Part shown: in pieces, positions 19,664 through 30,272 of the stretch | Numbering within the stretch: position 1 is the first letter of the stretch | Layout: every line of letters starts with the position of its first letter | Origin: Armatimonadota bacterium | GTDB taxonomy: Bacteria > Armatimonadota > UBA5829 > DTLH01 | Length of the DNA: 64,000 nt | Reading direction: 5' to 3' | Assembly (NCBI GenBank): GCA_039679675.1 | Contig: JBDKUN010000028.1 | Coordinates: forward strand, 64,001-128,000 | The notes under the pieces: generated by a model | Databases searched by the model: none | What the model saw: the letters and a program-made list of their open reading frames with translations, nothing else | What the model was told of the DNA's origin: nothing | Made by a program: the position numbers and the translations under genes

Positions 19664-20818
19664 TTAGTGAGCAGCGGCCAGTGCCGGCACTTTTTCGGCT
19701 GGTGTATTCACTTGGGCTGCGGGCTTATCAGCGGTCAGCAGCCCTATCTTAACTCCCCACATTTTCGCCATCTTTTTCGGAATGTCAGTGTTGTCCATCA
19801 GTCCAGCGAACTGCTCGGAGCCAGGGCCGAATGCGTAAATGGGAACCGGCACTCCGGTGTGGCCTTTTGACGACCATGAAGGCTGCAGTTGTCCTTCCGT
19901 ATTTGTGAGAAGAGTGAGCCCACCTGTCTCATGGTCTGCCGTCACTATGACGAGCGTATCGCCGTGCTTGCGGGCATAGTCCAGCCCAGCCGCTACTGCC
20001 CGGTCGAACTCAAGCAGTTGGTTGACAGCGCCGTCGAAGTCGTTTGCATGTGCGCAGAAGTCGATCTGTCCGCCTTCCACCATCAGGAAAAACCCGTCTT
20101 TGTCTTTTGAAAGTGTATCTAAGGCTTTTGTTGTGAGTGTCGAAAGTGGGGGCTCAGGAGCCTTTGTTGTCAGGTAGCCGTTTTCGAAGAGTCCAAGTAT
20201 TTTTGGTCCCTTTGCAGCTGCAAGCTCATCGGAATTAGTCGCGACAGTGTAACCGGCTGCCTTTGCTTCTGCAAGAGGGCAAAGGTCATCAGTGCGCTTG
20301 CTACCGGGCTGGTCCTTTGCGGCAAAAAACTGCATGCCGCCGCCCATGAGTACGTCCACTTGGTCTTCGAGCAATTGGCAGGCTATGTCTGTTTCATCGC
20401 CCCGGCTGCTTACATGAGATGCAAATGATGCTGGCGTAGCGTGGGAAATCGTGGTTGTGGTGACGAGTCCGGTCGATTTTTTTATGCCCATCGCAGCTTC
20501 AAGTATGGATTTCAGCCGCTTTCCGTCCGGTGTCATGCCGAGCATTCCGTTGTTCGTCTTCGTGCCCGTAGCGAGCGCGGTCCCGGCGGCGGCCGAGTCG
20601 GTAATGAGCGCATTTGCGGAATAAGTAGTGGCAAACCCGGAGACCGGCATAGTGTCCATCGCGAGCCGCCCGCCTGGCCCCTGGGAAGATATTCTCGCAC
20701 CGGCTACAGTGGCGAGCCCCATACCGTCGCCGATGAACAAAATGATATTCTTCGGCGCTCCGAAGGCGCTCGCCGCGAGCGCAATGATGAGAAATACGAT
20801 AATCGCGGTCTTTTTCAT
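19664..20818 (-). CDS. phoA: Alkaline phosphatase (PhoA type)
   Basis: FIGDGMG, TDSAAAGTA, HATPA, MVEGGQID..H, TADHETGG; signal peptide. Confidence 0.93.
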   Translation of the reverse strand: MKKTAIIVFLIIALAASAFGAPKNIILFIGDGMGLATVAGARISSQGPGGRLAMDTMPVSGFATTYSANALITDSAAAGTALATGTKTNNGMLGMTPDGKRLKSILEAAMGIKKSTGLVTTTTISHATPASFASHVSSRGDETDIACQLLEDQVDVLMGGGMQFFAAKDQPGSKRTDDLCPLAEAKAAGYTVATNSDELAAAKGPKILGLFENGYLTTKAPEPPLSTLTTKALDTLSKDKDGFFLMVEGGQIDFCAHANDFDGAVNQLLEFDRAVAAGLDYARKHGDTLVIVTADHETGGLTLLTNTEGQLQPSWSSKGHTGVPVPIYAFGPGSEQFAGLMDNTDIPKKMAKMWGVKIGLLTADKPAAQVNTPAEKVPALAAAH

Positions 20819-21053
20819 TGATTTCACTCCTGATCCTGATACGGATAAATTGTAGAGAATGTTTATAGCTATATAAATATTAAGGCTAAAGGTAAAATTA
20901 TCCTCTGTCTGCAGTCAGACATTGAATTTCCCATCTGTGCAGCATCAGCGGACGTGGATTATCTTATTTCCGGCGAGGAACACCTTTTTGCGTTAGGAAC
21001 CGTTGGTAGAACGGAAATAATGAAGCCGGGTGCGTTCTGGAGGGAGATAACAG

Positions 21054-21734
21054 ATGCAGACGGATGAGTTTCTGAAAAAAGTCAGATTGCGGGCGGGTTT
21101 GGAGGATAACGAAAGGGCTCGGCAGGCGACTGACGCTGTTTTTGGGGCGCTTCGCGCTCGAATATCGCACGCGGGCGGCGATAATGCCGCAGAGCAGCTT
21201 CCCAAAGAGATCCGGGAGCTTTGGGAAAAGGGGCTTGCGGAGCATGTTACTCGTTCTTTCGTAGGAGTAGACCGGATGGACTTGAGCGAGTTCCTTGGGA
21301 GGGTGCAGGCCAGAGCCCATCTCGCGAACGCAGACCATGCCGAAGCGGTAGTCCGCGCTGTTTTTATGACCATGAAGGAGCAGCTCACGCGGGGAGCGCA
21401 GTACTCGATAGAGCATCAGCTCCCGGATGACTTACGAGCGCTTTGGCAGACCAGCAACCCTCCTTCTGAGGTGAAAGAAGGAATATCCAGGGCTGAACCG
21501 GCCGCCGGTATTCTTCGCTCTGACGACCAGCTTACGGATGATATTATCAAAGCGCTTGAGACCGACGATGAGATCGAAGAAGAGCGGATAAATGTTCACG
21601 TACAGCAGGGTTCGGTAACGCTTCGCGGGATTGTCAGGACTTCGCATGAATGGGAGGCCGCGAACCGGGCAGCATCTCAGACCCTCGGCGTCCGGGAAGT
21701 AAGAAACGAGCTGACCATAATGGAGTCGACATAG
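21054..21734 (+). CDS. DUF2267 plus C-terminal BON domain protein
   Basis: Duplicated helical AVF..L...I....QLP pattern; INVHVQQGSVTLRG...GVREVRNEL BON motif. Confidence 0.8.
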   Translation: MQTDEFLKKVRLRAGLEDNERARQATDAVFGALRARISHAGGDNAAEQLPKEIRELWEKGLAEHVTRSFVGVDRMDLSEFLGRVQARAHLANADHAEAVVRAVFMTMKEQLTRGAQYSIEHQLPDDLRALWQTSNPPSEVKEGISRAEPAAGILRSDDQLTDDIIKALETDDEIEEERINVHVQQGSVTLRGIVRTSHEWEAANRAASQTLGVREVRNELTIMEST

Positions 21735-21754
21735 GTGAGCTGACAGCTACCAGG

Positions 21755-21854
21755 TTTTGAACCGCGGAAGGTGGAGATTTGCAGCGTCTGCACTTATGCT
21801 GCGAGTCTCCACCAATCTCCTTGGAGTGCGAAAGCGATAACTTCCACGGTTCTA
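21755..21854. repeat. Composite palindromic element containing a RAYT-type REP (21821-21847)
   Basis: Termini ttttgaaccgcggaag / cttccacggttcta; inner 16 bp hairpin 21770-21813; ttggagtgcgaaagcgataacttccac resembles the REPs at 9131 and 9837. Confidence 0.7.
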
Positions 21855-21945
21855 TCGGCATTTTGCCTATAACTCTCTAAAGTAAACATCCCCTTTAGCC
21901 AATAATCTCATGTGATAATTACCAGTAAAAATACTATGAAATGCA

Positions 21946-22866
21946 GTGGTTTACGCTATGTCGGCAATTTCTACGTTTGATTTCACGAAAGTCTACAAGC
22001 TGCGGCATGGGAAGACAAGGGTCGCCGTCAGCTCCCTCAATCTCAATGTCTGCCAGGGTGAAATATTCGGGTTCCTGGGCCCCAACGGTGCGGGAAAGAC
22101 CACCACGATAAAGACTCTGCTTGGCTTCATCCGTCCGACTTCGGGCAGGGCAGAGATCCTTGGGGTACCAGTAGACAGGCCCGAAGCCCGGATACCAGTG
22201 GGCTACCTTCCGGAGCAGCCGTATTTTCATAAGTTTATGACCCCGGTCGAGATTGTCTCTATGCATGCCGGGCTCTCCAATGTTCCCAGGCGGGAGAGAA
22301 AAGACCGTGTGTGGGAAGTCATACACACAGTCGGGCTCTCGGAGATAGCGAAGGTTCCGGTGTCGAAGCTCTCCAAAGGACAGGTCCAGCGGATCGGTCT
22401 CGCACAGGCGCTGGTGGGAGACCCAAAGATACTTATACTGGATGAGCCGGCTTCGGGGCTTGATCCGCTCGGCCGCCGCCAAGTGCGCGACCTGCTGCTT
22501 CGCCAGCGAGAGATGGGAAGGACGATATTCCTGAGCTCGCATCTGCTCTCAGAAATCGAGGCGGTGTGCGACAGGGTGGCAGTGCTTTCGCATGGCAAGC
22601 TCACTGCTATAGGGGCCCCCGGTGAAATCAAAGAGGACAGCAACAAGACGACCGTCACCACGCAGGGACTAAAGGCGGGGACACTGGAGAAAGTCGACGA
22701 GCTCGGAGCCACGGCTTACTACTCCGAAGGGGATAACATCATCACGGTAGAGTCCAGCAAGGTCTACGACCTGATAGACATACTCCGGGAGGCGGACCTT
22801 CCGCTTACTTCCGTTGTGCCCGATCGGGAAAGCCTTGAAGATGCATTCCTGCGGCTTGCAGCGTAA
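21946..22866 (+). CDS. ABC transporter ATP-binding protein (PilH-like)
   Basis: GPNGAGKTT, GYLPEQPYF, LSKGQVQRIG, ILDEP, SSH. Confidence 0.9.
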   Translation: MVYAMSAISTFDFTKVYKLRHGKTRVAVSSLNLNVCQGEIFGFLGPNGAGKTTTIKTLLGFIRPTSGRAEILGVPVDRPEARIPVGYLPEQPYFHKFMTPVEIVSMHAGLSNVPRRERKDRVWEVIHTVGLSEIAKVPVSKLSKGQVQRIGLAQALVGDPKILILDEPASGLDPLGRRQVRDLLLRQREMGRTIFLSSHLLSEIEAVCDRVAVLSHGKLTAIGAPGEIKEDSNKTTVTTQGLKAGTLEKVDELGATAYYSEGDNIITVESSKVYDLIDILREADLPLTSVVPDRESLEDAFLRLAA

Positions 22867-22881
22867 AAGGAGGACTGTTTT

Positions 22882-23646
22882 ATGTCACATATTCTGATAT
22901 TAGCCAGGTTAACCATGCTGGAAAATGCGAGAAAGCAGGTCTTCCATGTGGTCACTCTCCTCACTCTGACCGTAGTATGTGCTTCCGTGCTGCTGTCGTT
23001 CTTCACTCTCGGTGTTCAGGTGAAGATCCTGAAAGATCTGTGCATGACGAGCATACTTTTCTGCGGCGGAGTGCTTGCCGTCGCATTGGCATCTACGGCC
23101 ATTCCAGGCGAGGTGGAGTCGCGCACGTGCTATCCCACCCTTGCCCGGCCGGTCACCAGATGCCAGCTCATGCTCGGCAAGTATTTCGGTACTCTTTTCA
23201 CGGTCTATATCGGGCTGGCGGTCATCGGGCTGGCATTTGCTGCGCTCCTTGTAGGAAGGCACGCACTCGACGGGTTGTTAATCCTTGCGCTCGGTTATGC
23301 GCTGATTGAAGTTGCGATAATAGCCGCCATTACTATGTGCGTATCTACGTTCACCACTCCGGCTGTGGCCGCGATGGTGTCGTTTTTGGTGTTCATCGCA
23401 GGCTCGACTAAGATCGCCTATTTCAGGCCGCTCGTGGAGAACGTGGACAACCCAGTGGCGAAAGTTATGGCCAAGGGGGTATATCACCTTCTGCCCAACC
23501 TGGAATCGTTCAACTTTAAGGATGCGCTTGTCCACCGACTGCATGTCCCGGAAAGCTATCTTGTCCAGGTGGCTGTGTACGGCGTGCTTTACGCGGCGCT
23601 TGCCCTGACTGTCGCCAAGTGCGCGTTCAGCAGGAAGGAGCTCTAG
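22882..23646 (+). CDS. ABC-2 type permease (PilI-like)
   Basis: About 6 TM; EVESRTCYPTLARPVTR...LGKY, LLPNLESFN. Confidence 0.85.
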   Translation: MSHILILARLTMLENARKQVFHVVTLLTLTVVCASVLLSFFTLGVQVKILKDLCMTSILFCGGVLAVALASTAIPGEVESRTCYPTLARPVTRCQLMLGKYFGTLFTVYIGLAVIGLAFAALLVGRHALDGLLILALGYALIEVAIIAAITMCVSTFTTPAVAAMVSFLVFIAGSTKIAYFRPLVENVDNPVAKVMAKGVYHLLPNLESFNFKDALVHRLHVPESYLVQVAVYGVLYAALALTVAKCAFSRKEL

Positions 23647-23647
23647 T

Positions 23648-23860
23648 ATGCGGCGGATATTGGCAGTGCTGCTTGCTGTTCTCGCGTCTCCGGCCATAGC
23701 TCATGGAGATCACTGCGAAGAATGCCTTGAGCATCACTGGATGAAACCGGAATATCTGTCCGAAACCCGGCTGCAGCTTATCTTTATAGCCGGAATAATG
23801 TCTATTTATATAGTGTACCAGCTTATTTTGTGGTTCAAGAGGACACGCCGATGCGGATAA
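23648..23860 (+). CDS. Small exported/membrane protein with His/Cys motif
   Basis: Signal-like N-terminus, HGDHCEECLEHHW, C-terminal TM plus basic tail; tightly packed in the operon. Confidence 0.6.
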   Translation: MRRILAVLLAVLASPAIAHGDHCEECLEHHWMKPEYLSETRLQLIFIAGIMSIYIVYQLILWFKRTRRCG

Positions 23861-24420
23861 AAACGATTGCGCTTTTGCTGGTTCTGTTTTCCGGGCTGGC
23901 GGTCCTCGATACAACCGTGGAAGAGAACCGCCCAACACCTGTGGGTGGAAACTCCGCCGCTACTATACTTGCCGGTGAGTTTCGCACAGTCTTTGCTAAC
24001 CTGCTCTGGATCAAAGCCGAGAATTATCACCACGAATACATAGCTCACAACAGCGACTGGACGAAAAATACCGACCTTCTCGGTCTGGACCAGATCATTA
24101 CAAAGCTCGATCCTCATTTTGAAGAAGCCTATGCGGCAGGGGCTGCGATGCTGATCGGACAGAACAGGCTGAAAGAAGCAAATGCCTACCTGGGAGAAGG
24201 GGTAACCAACAACCCGAACTCGATGATGCTGCACGACGAGTATGGAACGTTCCTGGCAAGGTATATGAAAGATTACAAAAGCTCGCTGTTCCATCTGAGG
24301 CGTGCTTACCTGCTTACGTCCGACGATTGGCAGCGAAACAGGCTCTCCAGGCTGGTAAAAACAGTAGAAGGACTTTCACAGACCGCCAAATCCGGCCCAT
24401 TGTCGACATCCGGCAGTTGA
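23851..24420 (+). CDS. Membrane-anchored TPR-like protein (PilG-like)
   Basis: FANLLWIKA...ITKLDPHFEEAY; helical repeats. Confidence 0.6.
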   Translation: MRIKTIALLLVLFSGLAVLDTTVEENRPTPVGGNSAATILAGEFRTVFANLLWIKAENYHHEYIAHNSDWTKNTDLLGLDQIITKLDPHFEEAYAAGAAMLIGQNRLKEANAYLGEGVTNNPNSMMLHDEYGTFLARYMKDYKSSLFHLRRAYLLTSDDWQRNRLSRLVKTVEGLSQTAKSGPLSTSGS

Positions 24421-24645
24421 GCAGAAGGGATGGTATGAGTTGTGAGAGATAACCTGTCCCATCCCCCAACCCTCGTCCTATCTTCCTTATTCGGGCTTGA
24501 CTAAGTGAAAATATTACTGTAGATTGGATCTGCAGAGTTTCGAGTTTGAGCGTAAAACCAGCAGATACAGCATTTTACCCGAAACTCTTTAGCTGTGCAG
24601 TAATATGCCTCGCAAGTTGACAAATGCCAAGGAAGGTACTCCGCT

Positions 24646-26136
24646 ATGCGACTAAAACACGTCATATCCTGTGGGATTGCAGTTCTCGTTGTTGCATCCT
24701 GTGCCCTCGCCGGTTCGATGGCCACGGGACGCAGATATTATGCCGATACAGTCTTCTCCTGGTGGCCGACAGCCAAAGACCTGTCACTTTTCCAGAAGTT
24801 CGTGGACGAGAGCAAAGAGAAAGGTATGAACTCGATCAGCATAGACGTGCCGTGGAGTATCATGTCAGCGGACGGCCGGTGCGATTTTGCCGAGGCCGAC
24901 AAACGGATCGACTACATAGTCTCGCGCGGAATGTCGGTCTTCATCAGGATCAACACCACTACCCTCGGCGGGCAATCACCAAAGTGGCTGACCGATGATA
25001 TGCTCCAAAGGATACCGGACGGCAGTGTCTACCGCCGCTCGACCGACGGGGCAACACTTCCATCGCTTGCGCATCCGGCAGTCCTTCGGCGCATCACAAG
25101 CTTCTGCAGGTCGACAGCGGAGCATTACGGTTCGCGCTACAGGCGCACTGCTTCCGGTGATTACCCAGTCGTAGCATTGTCTCCTGCATTCAGCCTTTAT
25201 ATGGAGAGCGGTTACTTCCCGGATGCAGATGTGGACTACTCGACGGCGGCTCAGGCTGATTTTGCGGCATGGGTCAAGACTTACTACAAGTCACTTGCGG
25301 ACCTAAATGCAAAATGGGGCCGAAACTACAAGTCCTGGCGGGAAATCAAGCTGGCCGATGCGCATAACACTGCGAAGCAGCTATACTTCGAGTTTACCCT
25401 CCAAAGAGTGCTCGGTTCAATCGCTGATGCAGTGCATAAAGCGTCGAATATCCCCGTGGGGCTGCAGGTCGGGTGTATCTGGGACAATCCACAACGACGT
25501 ACGATGAGTGTCGGGCCGCTTATGCGCAAGATGGATTGGCTTTTCACGGCGGACGCACCCGATTTCGACCATGCCTTCTCGACGGACTACGCCAGGTGCT
25601 CTGCTTTGGGGAAAAAGGTATCGAGCGAGATAGACGCAGCAAGCCATGCGGCAGCTACGAACGGTCGGTACTTCAACCAGGGAGTGCGTGCGTTCGAACA
25701 TGGCGCTTCTTCTGCCGTCCTGGCTAACTGGGACCTCTCAAGCATCAGAGATAACGATAAATGGCCGTTTCTGCACTTCCTGGGGGAACTTGCCAGGAAA
25801 CCTTCGGCCAATCCTAAGCCGGATAAGGCTATCTATGTATCGACGTGGGACCTGATCAACAAAACGGCTTCCATCGATCAGTACCTACCTGTCTACGAAA
25901 TGCTGTCGGATGGCGGAAAGCAGTGTGTGGATGTGCTTTCCGACTACGCGATAAGCGCCAACCCGGCTATTCTGTCGAACTACTCGGAAATCTACCTTCC
26001 AGCCAACTGGACAATACCGCCGGAGGTAAGAATGGCGCTCGCCAGGGTCAAAAACAAGCTGAAAGCCTCAAAGCCTTTAATAGCAGGCACACTGGACGAA
26101 TATGGGCGCCCCGCCGATCCGTTCATCAAGCCGTGA
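24646..26136 (+). CDS. Secreted glycoside hydrolase, GH42/clan-A beta-galactosidase-like
   Basis: GMNSISIDVPWS, SPKWL, DYSTAAQADFAAW..YKSLADLNAKWG motifs; signal peptide. Confidence 0.7.
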   Translation: MRLKHVISCGIAVLVVASCALAGSMATGRRYYADTVFSWWPTAKDLSLFQKFVDESKEKGMNSISIDVPWSIMSADGRCDFAEADKRIDYIVSRGMSVFIRINTTTLGGQSPKWLTDDMLQRIPDGSVYRRSTDGATLPSLAHPAVLRRITSFCRSTAEHYGSRYRRTASGDYPVVALSPAFSLYMESGYFPDADVDYSTAAQADFAAWVKTYYKSLADLNAKWGRNYKSWREIKLADAHNTAKQLYFEFTLQRVLGSIADAVHKASNIPVGLQVGCIWDNPQRRTMSVGPLMRKMDWLFTADAPDFDHAFSTDYARCSALGKKVSSEIDAASHAAATNGRYFNQGVRAFEHGASSAVLANWDLSSIRDNDKWPFLHFLGELARKPSANPKPDKAIYVSTWDLINKTASIDQYLPVYEMLSDGGKQCVDVLSDYAISANPAILSNYSEIYLPANWTIPPEVRMALARVKNKLKASKPLIAGTLDEYGRPADPFIKP

Positions 26137-26219
26137 ACTTCAGTCTCGCCTAAAGCAGGCCGCTCACTTTCCGTTTGCCGCTATTTCCGGTGGGGTAAGA
26201 CCGCTGCAGGTACAAGATT

Positions 26220-27293
26220 ATGGCGGTAAAACATCTGACAGCGGCGGACCTGCGGCATGCCGTTCTTTTCGCTGCGTTTATATACCTGGCGATTAAATTT
26301 ATCGATGCAATTGCCGGGATCATCCTTGTTTTCGGCATAATTGTGCTGGTATCGCTAATTCTGAACCCGATAGTGAGCTGGCTGGAACGGCATAGGTTGC
26401 CGCGAATCCTCTCCGCGTCCTCTATGGCGCTTCTGGGTCTGGGCACAATCTTTCTGTTTATCTGGTTTGTCGTTCCCAGGTTAGCCGAACAATTTTCCGG
26501 GTTTGCCACTGACTTTCCCTCATACATCGATCACCTGCACGGATGGCTCCGCAGAGAGATGCCAAGTGTGGCAAAACGCATACCCTCAGCAGATATGCTG
26601 GCCGGTGAAGTAATCCGGCGGATAGGGCCGTTTCTGGGTGGGCTTGCCGGATACGCGCTCAGCTTTGCCAACCTGCTTGTCAGTATTCTCATCATATTTA
26701 TCAGCACGATCTTCGCTATCTCGAACCCACGGCCGATTGTGCAGGGGTTCCTCGCGCTTTTTCCACCGCAACCGCGTCAGAAAGTGATAGATACTGTTCA
26801 ATCTATTTCACTGCAGATGAGGGCATGGGCTTTAGGCACACTTTTCAATATGTTCCTGATATTTATCCTCACATGGATCGCCCTGACTATACTCGGATTC
26901 AAAGCCGCATTTCTCTTTGCCGTGCTTGCCGGTGCGCTTGAGCTGGTGCCGATACTTGGGCCGATAGCCGCGGCGACACCCCCTGTCCTCATAGCGCTTG
27001 TTCAGAACCCGATCTTTGCCCTGTGGGTGGCTATAATTTACACAATCATCCAACAGTTTGAGAGCAATGTGCTTGTTCCTCTGGTCATGGGCGGACAGTT
27101 GAAACAGCATCCGCTTTCCATCATTTTCTTTATCCTTGTAATGGGAGGTATATACGGCCTAGTCGGGGTCTTTCTGGCTGTACCGACAGCAGCTGTGGCT
27201 AAAACGATAGTGAACAAGTTCTACATAGAACCCCGCATTGGATCGGAAGAAAACCGCCTTTCAGAAGAAGCAGAACAGATTGTATCGGGTTAG
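26220..27293 (+). CDS. AI-2E family transporter
   Basis: LNPIVSWLE, ELVPILGP, IQQFESNVLVPLVMG...HPL. Confidence 0.9.
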   Translation: MAVKHLTAADLRHAVLFAAFIYLAIKFIDAIAGIILVFGIIVLVSLILNPIVSWLERHRLPRILSASSMALLGLGTIFLFIWFVVPRLAEQFSGFATDFPSYIDHLHGWLRREMPSVAKRIPSADMLAGEVIRRIGPFLGGLAGYALSFANLLVSILIIFISTIFAISNPRPIVQGFLALFPPQPRQKVIDTVQSISLQMRAWALGTLFNMFLIFILTWIALTILGFKAAFLFAVLAGALELVPILGPIAAATPPVLIALVQNPIFALWVAIIYTIIQQFESNVLVPLVMGGQLKQHPLSIIFFILVMGGIYGLVGVFLAVPTAAVAKTIVNKFYIEPRIGSEENRLSEEAEQIVSG

Positions 27294-27322
27294 TTGACAT
27301 TAGCAAGCCGGCATGCTATAAA
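27294..27322 (+). promoter_or_regulatory. Sigma-70 promoter for the prepilin-like gene
   Basis: TTGACA-17 nt-TATAAA with extended TGn. Confidence 0.65.
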
Positions 27323-27388
27323 AGCCATGTGAACATATGAGTACGGTTGTTTGTGCGCGGTATGTAATGTATTACACAGGAGATATGG

Positions 27389-28099
27389 ATGAACAGAAGG
27401 GGGTTCTCGCTCATCGAGCTGCTCGTAGTAATCGCAATCATTGCGATCCTCGCAGCGATTCTATTTCCTGTATTTCAAAGCGCCAAAGAGCACGCCAAGC
27501 AGGTACAGTGTCTTTCCAATCTGAAGCAGCTGGCTGTTGCGTTCCAGAACTACTGCGGAGACAACAATGGTATCATGCCAGCTGTAGGGCACCCGGGAGA
27601 AGAAAAACACAACTGGTGCGGTTGTGAAGGCACGCAAATACCCATATGTGACATCCGCCGGAATTCACAGATTTACCCTTACGTAAAGAACCTCGATATT
27701 TTCCAATGCCCGTCCGACAGAAACCGGAAGGGCAGATATATTTCGGTCCCTTCGCAGTTTCCCCTGTCTTATACAATGAACGATCAGCTGTGCAGGGTCA
27801 AAATCGATGCTATGGCATGCAAAAGAGTCTCCAGAATGCTTCTCCTGATCCAGGAAGCCAGGGGCAAACCCGGATCGAGCGATCCTAGAGGTATCAATGA
27901 TGGCATTTTTATCCCAGCGCCCGAGTACACCCGCGACATCCCCAATGATGTCCACTACAGCGGCTCTACCATAGCGTATCTTGATGGTCACGCCAAGTGG
28001 ATGCATTACAATAATATGATAAAAGAGCGTGACGATAAATATTGGGTGCCTACTTACAATGCATGGACTATATGCAGCCACCCAATACCGAAGAATTAG
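27389..28099 (+). CDS. Prepilin-type N-terminal methylation / H-x9-DG (DUF1559-like) protein
   Basis: [55 protein letters not shown]. Confidence 0.9.
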   Translation: MNRRGFSLIELLVVIAIIAILAAILFPVFQSAKEHAKQVQCLSNLKQLAVAFQNYCGDNNGIMPAVGHPGEEKHNWCGCEGTQIPICDIRRNSQIYPYVKNLDIFQCPSDRNRKGRYISVPSQFPLSYTMNDQLCRVKIDAMACKRVSRMLLLIQEARGKPGSSDPRGINDGIFIPAPEYTRDIPNDVHYSGSTIAYLDGHAKWMHYNNMIKERDDKYWVPTYNAWTICSHPIPKN

Positions 28100-28424
28100 T
28101 GATTTTCGGCCGTTTTTTCTTGTTCCCTGATGTCTGTGGTAATCCAGCCCGTCCATGGTCGGAGTCACGGTCCACTGCAGGCGGCATCAACAGCTCTATT
28201 CTTTCCCACAGCAGACATTCTACCAACGGAATACATTTACAGCAATTTTTATTAAGTGCTATTTTACGAAGGAACTAATCACTTCAATCAAGAAATGTAC
28301 AGGTTGGAAGAATCACTGGCTGTCACCTCGGAGGTCGCATCCACTCTATCCCTGCCGGCCGACGTTTTCTTCACATTATATATTCGGAACTTGTAGATTC
28401 CTGATAGAGTATAGAAATAGCAAT

Positions 28425-30272
28425 ATGAAAATATCAGTAAGACAATTACTTATCGGAAAACCTCTCCCGACGTGGAGAGCAGCGGAAGAGCGGCTTCCAA
28501 AAATATTGGCTCTCCCAATATTTGCTTCTGATGCTATGTCGTCAGTTGCATATGCAACGGAAGCGATTATGCGCAATTTGCTGCTCGGCGCGTTAGCGCT
28601 TCACAATATAGTACCTATCACTGGAGCAATCGTACTTCTGCTTATGATGGTGGCCACATCCTACAGGCAGACGATATTCGCGTATCCTTCCGGTGGAGGA
28701 TCATATATTGTTGCACATGATAACCTTGGGAAAATACCAGGGCTTACTGCTGCCTCGTCGCTTTTAATTGATTACGTGCTGACTGTATCTGTAAGTACCG
28801 CAGCAGGAGTTGCCGCCATTACATCGACCCCTGTCGGACATATTTTAGCTCCTTACCGAGCTGAGCTGTGTGTCGCATTTATATTTATAATTGCACTGGC
28901 GAACCTGCGGGGAGTGAGGGAGTCCGGAGTTCTATTTGCGCTGCCGACTTATGTATTCATCTTCAGTTTTGTTTCGATGATTGCCCTGGGCGGCATAAAA
29001 TACCTGAACGGGGAACTGCATGCGCTTCCGCCGCCTTCACTCGCCCCAGTGCCTGCGCTGCAACTTCCAGCCGCAATATTCTGGTTTTGGATCCTCCGCT
29101 CGTTTGCGGGAGGATGCACGGCCATGACTGGTGTCGAGGCAATATCGAACGGAGTCCAGGCGTTTCGAAAGCCGGAGTCGAAGAACGCTGCCACTACGCT
29201 TGTCTGGATGGCAGTCATCCTGGCGGTCCTGTTTACGGGGACATCCCTTCTGGCTAATTACCTGCGGATTTCTCCATCCGTGAATGCGACTGAAACGGTT
29301 GTTTCTCAGATCGTAAGCGCTATAGCCGGACACGGGTGGTTCTATTATCTCATTCAGGCTGCTACAGCCGCTATTTTGATACTTGCCGCAAATACGAGCT
29401 TCGCCGGTTTTCCCAGGCTTTGTTCGATCCTGGCACATGATCGCTTTATGCCGCGCCAGCTTGCAAATATCGGTGACCGGCTTGTCTACTCGAATGGCAT
29501 TATGATCCTCGCGGTATTGGCGAGTGTGCTCGTCCTGGTCTTCCATGGGGAAGAACAATTGCTGCTTCCCCTTTATGCAGTCGGGGTTTTCCTGTCGTTT
29601 ACGCTCTCGCAATACGGCATGGTCGTCCACACCAGGCGGCTCAAAGAGAAGAATTGGAAGACTAGCGCGCTTATAAGCGGAGTGGGCGGGACTGTGACAG
29701 CGGCTGTTACTCTGGTAATGGCTATTACGAAATTTAGAGAGGGAGCATGGATCGTAGTGCTTCTCATCCCGATACTGGTACTCATACTGCTCAAGATAAA
29801 CCGGCACTACATGCAGTTGGCCGATCAGCTCAGACTCCCTTCGGAGAGACCCACAGAACTGCCTGAAATGAAAAACACGGTCCTCGTGCTCGTTCCGGGT
29901 ATACATAAAGGTGTTCTTCCGGCCATACAGTACGCCAAGTCGCTTTCGCCGGACTGCCGCGCGGTATATATAGAGGCGGACCCGGAAGCTACGGCGCTGA
30001 TCGAAGAGAGATGGGAGAAATGGGGGCAGGGTGTGCCGCTTGTGGTGCTCGAATCGCCTTACAGATCGATAGTGCAACCCATTCTTAAGTATCTGGACGA
30101 GGTAGTCGGAGAACACAAAAGGCATATTGTCACAGTTGTCATTCCTGAATTTGTCCCGGCAAGGCGCTGGCAGGGTATACTGCATAACCAGTCGGGGCTT
30201 CTTCTTAAGCTCGCGCTTCTGTTCAGGAGGAATATAGTCGTTGCCAACATTCGGTATTATTTGGAGAAGTAA
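28425..30272 (+). CDS. KimA/YdaO-like APC-family K+ transporter
   Basis: ASDAMSSVAYA, SYRQTIFAYPSGGGSY, TGVEAISNG, LESPYRS cytoplasmic domain. Confidence 0.88.
   Translation: MKISVRQLLIGKPLPTWRAAEERLPKILALPIFASDAMSSVAYATEAIMRNLLLGALALHNIVPITGAIVLLLMMVATSYRQTIFAYPSGGGSYIVAHDNLGKIPGLTAASSLLIDYVLTVSVSTAAGVAAITSTPVGHILAPYRAELCVAFIFIIALANLRGVRESGVLFALPTYVFIFSFVSMIALGGIKYLNGELHALPPPSLAPVPALQLPAAIFWFWILRSFAGGCTAMTGVEAISNGVQAFRKPESKNAATTLVWMAVILAVLFTGTSLLANYLRISPSVNATETVVSQIVSAIAGHGWFYYLIQAATAAILILAANTSFAGFPRLCSILAHDRFMPRQLANIGDRLVYSNGIMILAVLASVLVLVFHGEEQLLLPLYAVGVFLSFTLSQYGMVVHTRRLKEKNWKTSALISGVGGTVTAAVTLVMAITKFREGAWIVVLLIPILVLILLKINRHYMQLADQLRLPSERPTELPEMKNTVLVLVPGIHKGVLPAIQYAKSLSPDCRAVYIEADPEATALIEERWEKWGQGVPLVVLESPYRSIVQPILKYLDEVVGEHKRHIVTVVIPEFVPARRWQGILHNQSGLLLKLALLFRRNIVVANIRYYLEK

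Noticed and set aside
20830..20900. Pho box upstream of alkaline phosphatase
   Set aside because: TTTACA-like hexamers are present but not at consistent 11-bp spacing.
28100..28424. c-di-AMP (ydaO) riboswitch upstream of the KimA-like gene; also a minus-strand LWERIELLMPP IS5-like fragment
   Set aside because: No GCTGAA/GGGGGAACC-type core is visible. The transposase resemblance is too short to support.
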